A stretch of 63,238 nt of DNA, filler included, from Octopus bimaculoides (GCF_001194135.2; 7 parts of 7 records of this genome joined end to end with filler, not necessarily neighbours in it); one strand, 5' to 3'; positions 11,829-24,954 are shown, numbered from the whole stretch's first letter. Notes: generated by a model not told the origin, from the sequence alone. Numbers and translations: made by a program.

Positions 11829-14096
11829 CTAGCAGAGATACCCAGCATTGCTCGGGATTAAAATGGCATAGTTTGTATAGTCACCCATATAGTTAACAAG
11901 GTGATACACAAAGGAGTCATACGCAATGACTGGCGTAGCAGCACCATAGTCAACTGCTACAATGGTAAAGTTGACGCTTTAGATACAAATAATTACAGAG
12001 GTATCAAGTTGTTGGATCAGGTAATGAAGGTCACAGAGAGGGTCAAAGCCCAACTAATTAGGGAGAGAGTCAGTTTAGATGAGATNNNNNNNNNNGGGTC
12101 AAAGCCCAACTAATTAGGGAGAGAGTCAGTTTAGATGAGATGCAGTTTGGGTTCATTCCAGGAAAAAGCACCACTGATGCTATATTTCTGGTAAGACAGC
12201 TGCAGGAGAAGTATTTAGTCAAAGATAAACCTCTGTACCTGGTTTTCGTTGACATGGAGAAAGCCTTTGACAGGGTCCCCCGATCCCTTATCTGGTGGTC
12301 AATGAGGAAACTAGGGATAGATGAATGGTTAGTGAGAGCTGTGCGAGCCATGTACAGGGACACTGTCAGTAAGGTGAGGGTTGGCAACGAGTATGGTGAA
12401 GAAGTCCAGGTAGAGGTAGGGGGTCCACCAAGGTTCAGTCCTCAGCCCCCTCCTATTTATTATAGTCTTCTAGGCAATATCAGAGGAATTCGAGATAGGA
12501 TGCCCCTAGGAGCTCCTCTATGCTGATGACCTTGCTCTAATTGCTGAGTCACTATCAGAACTAGGAAAAGTTTCAGGTGTGGAAGCAAGGATTAGAATCG
12601 AAGGGACTTAGAGTCAATCTAGCTAAAACCAAAGTCCTAATAAGTAGGAAGGCAGACAAACCACAAACCCCTTCATGTAGATGGCCCTGTTCAATTTGTG
12701 GAAAAGGCGTAGGTGGAAACTCTATAAGATGTAGCCAGTGGAAGCTATGGACACATAAAAAGGTGCAGCAATATCAAAGGAAGGCTAACTAGGAAGATAG
12801 TTTTTGTATGTGGCAGATGCTCAGGAGCAATAAACACTGAAAATATGCAGAGAACAACTGCCACATTCCAGGGAGAAAAACTAGAAGTAGTTGATAGCTT
12901 CCGTTACCTAGGTGACCAAGTCAGTAGCGGGGGAGGGTGCCCTGAAAGTGTAGCTGCTAGAATAAGAATAGCCTGGGCAAAGTTCAGAGTGCTCTTACCT
13001 CTGCTGGTGACAAAGGGCCTCTTGCTCAGAATAAAAGGCAGTCTGTATGATACACGTGTACAAACAGCCATGCTACATGGCAGTGAAACATAGGCTGTGA
13101 CTGCTGAGGACATGCATAAGCTCACAAGGAAGGAAGCCAGTATTCTCCGATGGATGAGTAATGTCAGTGTGCATACTCGACAGAGTGTAAGTACCTTGAG
13201 AGAAAAGTTGGACCTAAGAAGCATCAGTTGTGGTGTGCAAGAGAGACGATTGCGCTGGTATGGTCATGTGGCAAGAACGGATGAGGATAGCTGTGTGAAA
13301 AAGTGCCACACCCTAGCGGTTGAGGGAACCTGTGGAAGAGGTAGACCCAGGAAGATCTGGGATGAGGTGGTGAAGCATGACCTTCGAACATTAGACCTTT
13401 GGAAATGTGTGTGAGAAGACCCAGCAAGCCAAGTGAGAGCATAACCCATGGCCTTTGCCAGGTGTGTAACCAGCCCACTTATGTGTACCTTTCCTTCATC
13501 GGTCACTAAACTCTGCTTGCGAAGACTTGTTGAGGCAAGTGATATCAAAATCGAAATTGAACCAAATTTGACAACTGGCACCCGTGCCAACCTCTCCTTC
13601 ATTGGACACTAAACTCTGCTTTCGAAGACCTGTTGAGGCAAGTGAAATCGAACCAAATTCGATGACTGGCATCTGTGCCAGTGGAGAGCTAACAGCACGA
13701 TCTCAGCGTGATTATTGCCAGAGCAACTGTCTGGCTTCTGTGCCGGTGGCACGTAAAAAGCACCATTTGAGCGTGATTGTTACCAGTGACGCCCTACTGG
13801 CACTTGTGCTGGTGGCACATAAAAAACATTTGAGCAAGGTCATTGCCAGTGCCGCTGGACTGGCTCCTGTGCAGGTGGCACATAAAAAACACCATTTGAG
13901 CATGGCCGTTGCCAGTACCGCCTGACAGGCCCTCGTGCCGGTGGCATGTAAAAGCACCCACTACACTCTCAGAATGGTTGGCATTAGGAAGGGCATCCAG
14001 CTGTAGAAACTCTGCCAGATCAGATTGGAGCCTGGTGCAGCCATCTGGTTCACCAGTCCTCAGTTAGCATGGAAAGTGGATGTTAAACGATGATGA

Positions 14097-14138
<42 letters not shown>

Positions 14139-14790
14139 CAGTTATGTTGAAACAGCTGATACAGTAAGTGCTGCATTGATGACAAACCATTTGTGGAGTA
14201 AATTTTAAAGCTTTGCATAAATGACAATTTGAGTTTAGCACACCAATTTGGACAGAATTATCATTTTCATAAGAATGGGATGGATCATATCTGAAAGTAG
14301 CTCCAGGTGTTGTGAAGAACAAATTTGTATGTGGTCTGTTTCTGAGAGCCATTCTATTGGACCTCTGTGTAATCTGGCATGCTAGACATTGTTTGAATGA
14401 TTCAGCATAAAATGCTGCAGCATGCCTTTGCTGATCTTAGGAAAGTCTAATCTCCCTTCCTTCTTGGGACTCCATCAAACATGCTACAGCATGCTTTTGC
14501 TGATGTTGAGAAAGTCTCCTCTCCCTTCTCTCTTGAGACTGTACTTGACATGCTGCAGCATGCATTTGGTGATCTTTGGAAAGTGTCATGTCCCTTCTGT
14601 ATTGAGACTCCATCTAACGTGCTGCAGCATGCTGTTACTGATATTAAGAAAGTCTCATGTCCCTTATGATTTGAGACTCTCACCTTCGATTTTCTGCAGA
14701 GATTACGTTTTTTCTTTGGTGGCATACTTTTTTCAATATTTTAAACAAAAAATTTTGAACATAGAAAAAAAATATACATTAATCTCTATT
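11829..14790 (-). mobile_element. Helitron remnant, interrupted by an RTE LINE
   Basis: 3' terminus on the minus strand: hairpin CCCGAGCAATGCTGGG then CTAG|T at 11829. RepHel N-terminal remnants MPPKKKRNLCRKSK (14725) and ATFRYDPSHSYENDNSVQIGVLNSNCHLCKALKF (about 14200-14320), with a tandemly repeated segment between. 5' end not located. Confidence 0.75.
11895..14095 (+). mobile_element. 5'-truncated RTE-clade LINE (RT domain, 3' UTR, (GAT)n tail)
   Basis: NNYRGIKLL, QFGFIPGKSTTDAIF, FVDMEKAFDRVPR, LLYADDL, VDSFRYLG, AMLHGSETW, RRLRWYGHV, GRPRKIW; several frameshifts; ends GTTAAACGATGATGATG. Confidence 0.95.
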
Positions 14791-15374
14791 TTTGTAAGTA
14801 GTTGTATGTAGTATGTCTATATTTTTGTATGCAGTATAAATTAACAAAATATAAGCAAATTGTAAATACCTTGCAACCTTGCAACTTCTGCGATAATTTT
14901 TTTAATATAACTTGGACCTTCCATGTAATTGTTTTTTGTCAAGAGTTTCACCTCAAGCCATTCATGTCACATATGTATATGTATGTGTAAATGTATGTGC
15001 GTGTTTAATAATGTATGTAACGGGTGTGCAAAGATACACACACTCACAGACACATACATATGTGACGATACACACATATACACTCTCACATACATATAAT
15101 AAGAGAGACACATACAAATATACATTCATGCACGTCAGATGTCACATGTGTATATGTATATGCAGATGTGAGTGTATGTTTAATAATGTACCTAACACAG
15201 AAACACACAGTCAGAGAGACAAACACTCATACACCCACATACACTCAGAGACACATACACTCTCATATATGTGACGTGGTCATTGTCATGGCATAAAATG
15301 TCCTTTACTATCTCATATGTATCGAACGTCCAAACACATACACATGAAGTGAAACAATATTATAGTCTTATTTA

Positions 15375-15685
15375 TTTATTTATGTGCCCTTTTAAAGCCC
15401 AGCCAGGCTCATGGGCCTGGATTCCCGGTTTCTATGGCGTATGTGTTCTCCCCAGCTGGACGGGACACCAGTCCATTGCAGTGTTACTCAAGAAACAGGA
15501 AGAAAGAGTGAGAGAAAGTTGGGGCAAAAGAGTACAACAGGGGTCACCACCAGACACTGCCAGAGCCTTGTGGAGCTTTAGGTGTTTATGCTCAATAAGC
15601 ACACACAATGCCTGGTCTGGGAATTGAAACTGTGGTCTTCCGACCGCGAGTCTACTGCCCTAACCATTGGGTCATTGCACCTCCA
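15375..15685 (-). mobile_element. tRNA-headed SINE family E
   Basis: Reverse complement of GGTGCAATGGCCCAGTGGTTAGGGCAG..GTTTCAATTCCCAGACC; same family as 29985-30352 (-) and 59893-60132 (+). Confidence 0.85.
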
Positions 15686-15970
15686 CATATTATAGTCCTA
15701 TCACATTAGAATTAAAAGTGAAACAATATTACATCACACAAGGAAGTCAATTTGTGGACAGAAATTACAAACCCCAGCTGTAAAAGAAAATAGGTTGAGC
15801 GAAAAAACTTAGTCACTTTAGGATATCTTTTTCTAATGCATGAACACTCAGTGGCATGGTTGAATTCTCATTTGTTAGTAATGAAGGCTTATTGGTTGTA
15901 TCATAACGGTTTACAACAGAGGGAGAAGTGTAAATAGTGTATTTAAGTAGACGAAGTGCAAAAAAGTTAA

Positions 15971-16185
15971 CCCTTTTGTTACCAACCCGGCTGAAACTGG
16001 CTCTGAGTACAAATGTCTTATTTTCATAAGTTTTGTATTAAAATCTTCTACCAAACCTTAGTCCTATTTATGTTCCTAACACTAGCTGAATGATAACTAA
16101 GTTATTTTACTAAATTCTTTGTTATATTTAAAGTAATTGAAAGAAACACAGAGCATCTCAAAATAAATACAGTAATATTGTAGGG
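15971..16185. mobile_element. piggyBac-like MITE remnant
   Basis: TTAA then CCCTTTTGTTACCAACCCGGC, resembling the left end of the 1782 element; right end degenerate. Confidence 0.55.
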
Positions 16186-16755
16186 ATAATGTACAAATAG
16201 CATGAAGACAAAGATATTTATGCATGACAGAGAGGGAGAAAAACAGAGAGAGAGAGTGAATGAGTGAAAGAAACAAACAGACTTAAAGAGAGCAAGTATT
16301 GCAGAGGGTGTGAGAAACAGAAGACAAAAGGTAGAGAATCGCTAGAAAACTGCAGAAGTCAAAGGGAGAGAATCAGCTGAAAACTGCAAATTTTACAGAA
16401 AAACCCATGTGAAAAACTCAGTTGGTTTCTCGCATTATGCAGGAGCTCTGGGCAAAATGTTATAGTCCATAACCATCCTTAGTATATAAGTAATGTATGT
16501 GTAAAGTCTGATGAAAATCAGTTGAAAACGGTAGAAATGCATATGTACTACACACACACACACACACACACACATCCTTTGTCTTATATATATAGATAAC
16601 AGCAGAATGGAATCCTCCCCAAAAACTACAAATAAAGCCAATTTCTAATGAACCCAAACAAAAACAAAAACTTAGGAAAAAGATGGCTTTAGACAAGTTC
16701 TGAATGGAAATCAACTATTACGATTAATAACAAATTCCAAGAAAAATTCAAAACA

Positions 16756-16918
16756 GGCACAGGAGTAGCTGTGTGTTAAATAGCTTGCTAACCAACCATA
16801 TGGCTCCGGGTTCAGTCCCACTGTGTAGTACCTTGGGCAAGTGTCTTCTACTATAGCCTCAGGCTGACCAAAGCTTTGTGAGTGGATTTGGTAGACGAAA
16901 ACTGAAAGAAGCCTGTCA

Positions 16919-16949
<31 letters not shown>

Positions 16950-17150
16950 GTGTGTGTGAGTGTGTCCCTAACATCACTTGACAACCAATGTTGTTATGTT
17001 TACATCCCCATAACTTAGCAGTTCGGCAAAAGATGCTGATAGAATAAGTACTAGGCTTGCAAAGAATAAGTTCTGGGGTCGATTTACTCAACCAAAGGCG
17101 GTGCTCTAGCGTGACCACAATCAAAATGACTGAAATAAGTAAAAGAATAA
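16756..17150 (+). mobile_element. SINE family A, full length
   Basis: GGCACAGGAGTAGCTGTGTG head, CCTTGGGCAAGTGTCTTCTACTATAGCC, (TG)n, tail. Confidence 0.9.
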
Positions 17151-17584
17151 AAGAAAAACTGATGTACAAATGCAAAAACAAATTTCAAACATATCTCAAG
17201 GCCTAATCCTGGAAAATACAATTAAACTTTGGAGAGAAAAATGTAAAAACGAAGAATTAGTATTTCTCATCAATGAAAGAAAAGTGTTCTTTGGTTCACC
17301 AATTACTTTTTAAAAAATGTTTTTTTATAACTGTATGTTACTTTATATATTTTTGTGGTACTAATTCAAAATATTAAAGAAGGTCTTTCCCATTACCTCT
17401 AATGATAAAATATACCATAATTATTCGTAGTTAAATCCACATATGGTAAGAAAAAATAAAGGAATATAAATGAATTTCATACTTTATTTAGCAAAATGAA
17501 ATGGTACAAATGCAATTACAAAGTGAGAAAATAGATTTTTACAAGGGTTCCATTCATTTTTTAGGTTCAATACCTTAAAATTTA

Positions 17585-19180
17585 TTCTTTTTCTCTTGGA
17601 AACAACACCTGAAACTCTTTCACCTGTGAGTATTTGATGGATATTGATGATGCAACATCCAGCAGTAGTTGACCATCATATTGACATTCCATTTTCCCTG
17701 ATATCTTCTTTCATATCCTTTATGTGATGATGAAATTTTCCCTCTGCCTCTCACTCACATCCCCCAGATTTTCCAGAAAGAAATTCAATGGGCACATAGA
17801 AAATGAACTTTAATGCTCATTTCACATCCTAAGGCCTCAAACTTTTCTAGCATTCTTTCCACTATATCTTCTTAGTTTTCAATCCTTGTGATTACCAAAA
17901 AAGTACATTGTAAAAACTAATCAATGCATCTTTTTTGAGAATCACAAAGAGATATTTCAAAATTTTCATCTTTGACAAATTTCCTGATATCTGACCATCT
18001 TCAACTATGGCATCTGATAGAGCAGGAAATGCTGCACAATTACTTGAAGCTTTCTTCATCCTGTGACAAAGCTTTCATGAATTGCTTTATGAGGCTAAGT
18101 CTTATGTGTAAAAGAGGCAAAAAAACCCTTTTCCGATCAACCAAACTTCTTTGAAGGATATTCTTTGTTCCTGGTATAAGCTTATCCCTACTTAGCCATT
18201 CTTTTTTAAAACCAATGAAGTTTCCTGGCTCTACTGTCCCTTTTACACAAGAAACAAGGAAACTCTGTACTATCTGACTGTTGTCCAAGCAGCATGCAAA
18301 TTATTTTCAAGTTGTCAATTTTGAATTTGACCTTGTATAAAAGTGACATCAAATCTTCATGTTTCCTTCATGATCCCTGAGTGTCCAACAGGGATGGAAA
18401 CATTTATTACCATTATGCAGTAGAACAGCTTTAAGATTTCTCTTTGAAGAATCAATAGTCACTATTTTTGAGAGCAGTAACTTATGCTGAATTTTCCTAT
18501 TAGTTCTGATGGATTTTTACAATAAACCAAATTTTCTTGAACATAAAGAACAAATTCTTTTTCATAGTTACAATACCAATAGAATGATGCATGAGGAGTT
18601 AAAATATTAGATTTAAGTCTGGAACATAAAAGCTCTGCTGACTCCTTTGTGAGCCCTAAGTCCCTGATTAAATCATTTAATTTGCACTGGCTGAATAGTT
18701 GAGGTTCTTCATCTTCACTGCTATTAAAGTCTTCATCATCATAGCTATTTCTGCCTTCTGACTCAGAAATTTAGTGCATGTCTTCAAGGTTTCCTGGTGG
18801 TGATGGGACTGGTGGTGATGGGACTGGTGGTGATGGGAACATCTGGTCCATGGGCAACAGGTTGCAATTCAGATGGGAGACTTGGATAAACAATGTTTTT
18901 TCCACTCTTCAAATTGTGCTCCTGCACCTTACATGAGCAAAAGTAATAGTCGTCACCTAGATTTTTAGGCTCTCTCCATATCACTGGAACACCAAAATAA
19001 AAAGACTTCTTTGTACATTTTATCTGTTATCTTAGTTCTTCAACACAAATTGAGCAGGCCTTATTTTGGTCTCCTAATTTCACACCGAAGTAGGCATAAT
19101 AAGAGTTTTTAATAAATTTAATATTCATAAACTTGCCACAAATGTAACAAAAGTTATCTGGGATTGTTGCACATCTAGAA
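17585..19180 (-). pseudogene. Decayed DNA transposase, Chapaev-like (CMC/Transib-related)
   Basis: PDNFCYICGKF, MIWREPKNLGDDYYFCSC, RVFLPLLHIRLSLIKQFMKAL, LGCEMSIKVHFL..ENLGDVSE..KWNVNMMVNYCWML. Superfamily assignment is from memory of these motifs. Confidence 0.7.
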
Positions 19181-19311
19181 GATATCTTTGCTTCAAATTA
19201 TGTGGTAACTCATTCCTGAAGAAAGTTAAGAAAGTTAAAATTCAAAAATCCCATTCACAACTGACTAATCAAGTACTTAAAAATGAAAATTATATTCACC
19301 AAATTCATCAT

Positions 19312-20262
19312 CATCATCATCATTGTCATTTAACGTCCACTTTCCAGGCTGGCATGGGTTGGACGGTTTGACTGAGGACTGGTAAGCTGGGAGTCTGCAC
19401 CAGACTCCAATCTGATTTGGCAATGTTTCTACAGCTGAATGCCCTTCCTAATGCCAACCACTCCAAGAGTATAGTGGGTGCTTTTTACATGCCATCAGCA
19501 TGGGAGCCAGTCAGCTGGCACTGGCATCAACCAGGCTTGAATGGTGCTTTTACATACCACCAGCATGGGTGCCAGTCAGGCAGAACTGGCATTGGTCATA
19601 CTCAAATGGTACTTTTTACATGCCACCAGCACAGGTGCCAGTCAGGCAGCACTGGCATCGGCCATGCTTGAATGTTGCTTTTTACATGCCACCAGCACAT
19701 GTGCCAGTCAGGGGACACTGGCATTGGCCACGACTATAATTTCACTTGGTTCAACAGGTCTTTACAAGCACAGCATATTGCCTGATGATTGAAGGGTACT
19801 TTTAAATGGGCCAGTTATGTGACACTAGCATCAGCCACAGCTACGATCTCACTTGGCTTGCCAGGTCCTCTCATGCACAGCATGTCTCCAAAGGTCTCGG
19901 TCGCTTGTCATCTCCTTGATGAGGCCCAACATTTGAAGGCTGTGCTTCACCACCTCATCCCATGTCTTCCTGGGTCTATCTCTTCCATAGGTTCCCTTCA
20001 CTGTTTGGGTGTGACACTTCTTCACACAGCTGTCCTCATCCATATGCAACACATGACCATACCAGTGCAGTCGTCTCTCTTGCATACCATATCTGATGCT
20101 TCTTACATCCAACTTTTCTCTCAGGGCACTTACACTCTGTCATGTATGCACACTGACATTACACATCTAGCAGAGCATACTATCTTCATTTCTTTCAAGT
20201 CTACGCATGTCCTCATTAATCACAGCCCATGTTTCACTGCCATGTAGCACGGCTATTTGCAC
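19312..20262 (-). mobile_element. RTE LINE 3' portion, same family as 11895-14095
   Basis: AVLHGSETWAV, RRLHWYGHVLHMDEDSCVKKC, RPRKTWDEVVK; tandem-repeat 3' UTR; (GAT)n tail at 19312. Confidence 0.92.
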
Positions 20263-20491
20263 AGACAATTCCAGAATACTCCAACAACTAAATGATTCAA
20301 CTAAAAGAATCCAAGTTCTCCTTCCTGCTAGACTGAACTTTTTCCAGAACTGAAGATTACAACATACACAATGGATAAAAAAGTAACAACTTAAAAAACA
20401 ATTACAGATAGAAGCAACCACAATCCAGACCTACAAATATACAAATTCAATACAAAAGAGTATATAACAACAGAGAAAATATCAATAAATA

Positions 20492-21510
20492 TCAGGTCAT
20501 TAAGAATGAAATGTCTGATTTTGAACCGAAAGTTTATTTTACTCTATCTCATTGCACCTACATTATCAACACAATTTTGCCATTCTATTGGTAGCTTATT
20601 TATGCTGGCAGCAAAGAATTCTAGAGAGCAAGAGGTGATGAAATCACAAAAAGCTGTTTTTGTATCTTCTTCAGATTTGAAGTTTTTTCCTTGCAAAAAG
20701 TTGTCTAAAGCCTTGAAAAAATGATAGCCATTTGGTGCAAGGTCTGGTTAATATGGTGGATGACAGAATAATTTCAAGTTCAGTTCCTATAACTTGTGCA
20801 ACGTGAGGTCGAGCATGTGTCTTGCAAGAGAATTGGCCTGCTTCTATTGACCAATCTCAGTTGTTTAATTGCAAGTACACTCATCATTTCAGTCAATTGG
20901 TTGATGTATACATCTGGTGTAATTGACTTACCAGGTCTCATGAAGCTGTAGTGCATGACCACCAAACAGACACCATTAGCTTTTTTTCGTGTTTTAGCAC
21001 TTCATCTCTATCTAACCACCATGCAGAACGCTTGATATTGTTGAAAAGAATCCATTTTTCATCACACATAACAATATGATGCTAAAATGGTTCACTTTTA
21101 TGCTGTGACAACATTTGATGCTCTTTCAGTTCGTGTGATACCCATTTGTCCAGCTTCTTTACCTTGCCGATTTGATTCAGATGGTCCAATACAGTTGGAA
21201 TTGAAACGTCAAACCTTGCTGCTAACTCACGCATAGTTTGATGTTTCGAGCTGTCTGGGATGCATTGGTTCCACAGTGGAACTCATATTCATAAACAACA
21301 TGACTTTTTGATCTATCCATGGGTTCACAAAAATTGATTTACAAGAGAAAACTCACAATATAATCAGACACCATGAAATGCGTTTCAAAAAGTGATGATG
21401 TAACTCTTCAATGTTGTAAAACAAAGAATTGTCAGGATAAAACATTAGAGTTAATGACTGTCAAACTTGGTGCATTAAGAAAATTGAACTTTTCATTCTT
21501 AATGACCTGA
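20492..21510 (-). mobile_element. mariner element with intact TIRs
   Basis: TA flanks; TIR TCAGGTCATTAAGAATGAAA / TTTCATTCTTAATGACCTGA; remnants RPGKSITPDVYINQL, PILLQD, PPY*PDLAPNGYHFF. Confidence 0.92.
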
Positions 21511-23002
21511 TAGTAATACACGGATGAATTCAAAACATTGTTGCTTAGACCCAGCTGACAGAATTCTTCACACCCATTGATACAAACTGAAGATGAGAAA
21601 CCAAAGATAATTAACCTATTCAAAAGAACTCTTTTAGTACAAGAAATTAACATGCTCTCAAAAGGCCTAAAATTTACTCCAACACCACAATACCCTAAAT
21701 CTAAAGAAATACAGAATCATATTTTATAGTTCAGTAGCAATTGCACCTAACAGAGGAGTTATTTGATAAAAAATACAGGGACAAAAAAGCAGTTGCAAGC
21801 CTATGAAAAGTAAGAACAAAGCATTAGATAAATTTTGTGATTTTTTGTCCACCTTCCCATACAAAGAACTACTACACTCTAAAATCAAACCCAATACCAT
21901 TTGAAAGGAACAGAAAATTATACATGAACTCAAAAACAAATAATAATTAAGGAAGCAGATAAGGGAAGTGCTGTAATTATTATGGATGCTGAACATTATA
22001 AAAGTGCTATATTATCTCTACAACAAAATACAACCAATTACAAAAAGGTAAACAGTTACCAAAAATCAAAGACGATGACAAAACTTAACACACTCATTCA
22101 CTAACACCTAAAGGGTTTAACAAACGATGTGACTACCTAACTAATTTTGAATGCAAAATTAGCTACTTCTATGGTCTCCCCAAAATTCACAAGAACCAAA
22201 CTATTAAATCTTTAATAGTTGTAAAAAATCAAGTTCAAGTTGTATAAACACACAACGTCCCACCGAAGACCAATTGTAGCAGGTCCAAAATATGAAACAT
22301 ACAGACTCAGCAATTTTATAAATACACTCCTGAAACTGGACCTGTTAAACCACCTCCCGAAAGTTATCAATAAAGATACCATTATTGTATAATTTTATGC
22401 AGTAAACCTCTATACCACAATCCCATACCAATATTGATTAGAGGTAATAGGTTTCTGACACAAAAAATCCCTGACAGAATAGAAAAGAGTTTCATAACCA
22501 ACAGATTCAAATTCATCATTGAAAACATTTTTTTTTACTTTAATGGCAATATTTACATGCAAATATCTGAGACCAAGAGGTTTACAAAAGTTTCTCTGAC
22601 TTATGACAATTTAGTCATGGTATACATGGAAGTCCAGAAATATGAACAATCTTAATTAAAATATTACTTGATGACTGCCTGCTTCTGTGGATGCACATAT
22701 TTGACCAGCTTATTGATTTCAAAACCCTAATTAACAGTATAAATAATAGTATTAACTTCACCATGGAATAGAGTAAAGCTCAACTACCATTCATGAACAT
22801 TCTAAGCATCAAAACGGAGACAAACATTGAAACGTACATTCATTACAAAAGCAGAATCCAAATAATACCAGCTGTTCTCCTAATACCATCCCAAACACAC
22901 AAAGATTAATATTTCATTTAATTAAGCAAGAAGAATCTGCACAACAGTTTCAAATTTCAAAACTTATAATAAAATATTTCAAGAATGAAAACAAATACTA
23001 CC

Positions 23003-23400
23003 TGTGGTAAGTAGCTTGCTTACTAACCACATGGTCCCGGGTTCAGTCCCACTGCGTGGCATCTTGGGCAAGTGTCTTCTACTATAGCCTCGGGCCGACC
23101 AAAGCCTTGTGAGTGGATTTGGTAGATAGAAACTGAAAGAAGCCCGTCGTATATATGTATATGTATATATATATATGTGTGTGTGTGTGTTTGTGTATCT
23201 GTGTTTGTCCCCCCCCCCCAACATCGCTTGACAACCGATGCTGGTGTGTTTATGTCCCCGTAACTTAGTGGTTCAGCAAAAGAGACCGATAGAATAAGTA
23301 CTAGGCTTCTAATGAATAAGTCCTGGGGTCGATTTGCTTGACTAAAGGTGGTGCTCCAGCATGGCCACAGTCAAAAAGACTGAAACAAGTAAAAGAGTAA
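23003..23400 (+). mobile_element. SINE family A inserted in the Penelope ORF
   Basis: Close match to the 30995-31405 copy. Confidence 0.92.
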
Positions 23401-23464
23401 TGTTAATAGCCAATAGAATAGAATGAGTCAGAGCAATAGATATTAAAAAATTACAAAAAACAAA

Positions 23465-24360
23465 CAGCACACCCATCTACTGCATCCAACTCCTGTATGT
23501 GTGTAATATATCCAGGGTTCTGTATCTCTTGAGAGACTTTTGTGTCATCTGCATAGCTAGCAAGGGTGGCTATCTGAGTAACTGAGAGGGCCACTATGAA
23601 TAGCAGTGGCCCTAAGACAATACTGTGTGGACTACCACTCATTATTTGTGACTCCACTGGCCATCACTGAGTGACTTCTACCTTTCAAAAAGTCATGTAG
23701 CCACTTTTCAAGTTTTTCAACAAAGCTAAGATCATGTAACTTGTGACATATCATACCATGGTCAATTTTACTTAAGGGTTTTGCAAAGTTGAGATATATC
23801 ACATCCACATTTCAGTTGTGTCAAGCAGCATCTACCTGGTTGAAAACTGTGCTGGGTGCCAGTCAACAAATCATTCTCTTCAAGGAACACAATTAGTTTT
23901 GTTCGGACAATTCCTTCCATGACTATGCTGATGTGTGAAGTCAGAAAGAGGCCAATCATTTTTAGCATCTGCTCTGCTTCCTCCTTTATGGATAGAACAC
24001 ATTATTCCCTCCTTCAATTTGCCTGGGACCTTACTTTTTGCAAAGAAGCTCTGAGAAAAAAGCTGCAGTGGTTTTGCAAGGGCTCATTTGCATGGTTTGA
24101 GAAGGAGTGCTGGGAATCTATCGGAGCCAGCATCTGAGTTTGCATCTACCTCATCTATGGGCAGTATTATATCTTCTTCAATTATTACTGCCTCCTCGGT
24201 TACAGGCGAAGTAGTAAAGAACTTCGCTAGTTTATTCACTTGCCTGTGTCCTAAAGGGGTAGTGAACAAGGGCCCGGGAACACCTGCACCCCCTAGAATT
24301 TTCAGGGGGTGCAAGATCAAAATTTGCACCCCCTACATAATCTTACCAGTTTCAGAAAAA
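23465..24360 (-). pseudogene. CR1/L2/Jockey-type LINE RT fragment
   Basis: AGSDRFPALLLKPC, PIHKGGSRADAKN..SLTSHISIVMEGIV, QHSFQPGRCCLTQL, VLGPLLFIVAL, SYADDTKV. Confidence 0.88.
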
Positions 24361-24457
24361 AGTGTCTAAAATCTATTGGTATAAAATGCTTAAGTTCGAT
24401 CTCGTTTCAAAACAAAGAAAAATAAAAAAATAAATAAATAAAAGTGATGAAGCTTGC

Positions 24458-24492
24458 ATAAAATTCCTTAGGGAGTTTAGGACCACTAATTT
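24458..24492 (-). CDS. Candidate exon (ISGPKLPKEFY), needing a GC donor or read-on to a stop at 24407
   Basis: Strong acceptor CTACTTTCCTTCAG 114 nt after the previous donor, phase-compatible; no GT donor follows, only TAT|GCAAGC. Confidence 0.35.
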
Positions 24493-24606
24493 CTGAAGGA
24501 AAGTAGCGTCAAAATACAAAAAAATAAGTGACAATAACAACAGTAGCAGCAACAATAACAACAATAAAACCATCATGTATGGTTAATTTTGAATATATAG
24601 CATTAC

Positions 24607-24701
24607 TTGAATTCTTGAAGACAGCTCCCACCCAGTTTCTGTCTGTCAATACTTCTCTCCATCTTTCAGATCCACTCCCAAATTCTTTGTAATTGGTGTT
24701 G
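24607..24701 (-). CDS. Candidate exon (NTNYKEFGSGSERWREVLTDRNWVGAVFKNS)
   Basis: Acceptor AAGTCTTTAG, donor GTAATG, 95 nt, protein-like composition, phase-compatible with both neighbours. Confidence 0.55.
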
Positions 24702-24890
24702 CTAAAGACTTAAAACACCGTTGACTGGATTCGACCGTTTGACCCCAGTCTAAAAATAAAACCCCTTCAAAATTCTTTCAATACAAAACGNNNNNNNNNN
24801 NNNNNNNNNNNNNNNNNNNNNNNNNNNNNNNNNNTTAATTAATTAANNNNNNNNNNNNNNNNNNNNNNNNNNNNNNNNNNNNNNNNNNNN

Positions 24891-24954
<64 letters not shown>

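Larger units (their letters stand above)
20280..23450 (+). mobile_element. Penelope-like element RT region, interrupted by a mariner and a SINE
   Basis: MLSKGLKFTPTP (21650s), RKADKGSAVIIMD (about 21955), FYGLPKIHK (about 22170), NLYTTIP, FNGNIYMQ, LDDCLL, YHPKHTK; many stops. Extension upstream of 20490 is inferred. Confidence 0.85.

Noticed and set aside
12040-12141. About 46-bp direct repeat either side of a 10-N gap inside the RTE ORF
   Set aside because: Unmerged overlapping contig ends, not a TSD or real duplication.
13670-13960. Regularly spaced repeats here and at 60617-60950 as CRISPR-like arrays
   Set aside because: Whole units repeat with no unique spacers; eukaryotic context; no cas genes.
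16398-16470. VGFSHYAG resembling the myosin HYAG motif
   Set aside because: Stop six codons later, no donor, and no other myosin motifs in the window.
24835-24846. TTAATTAATTAA embedded in N runs (also near 38563, 40239, 42653, 54381 and 57404)
   Set aside because: Identical six-frame-stop linker at gap centres; an assembly spacer, not biology.
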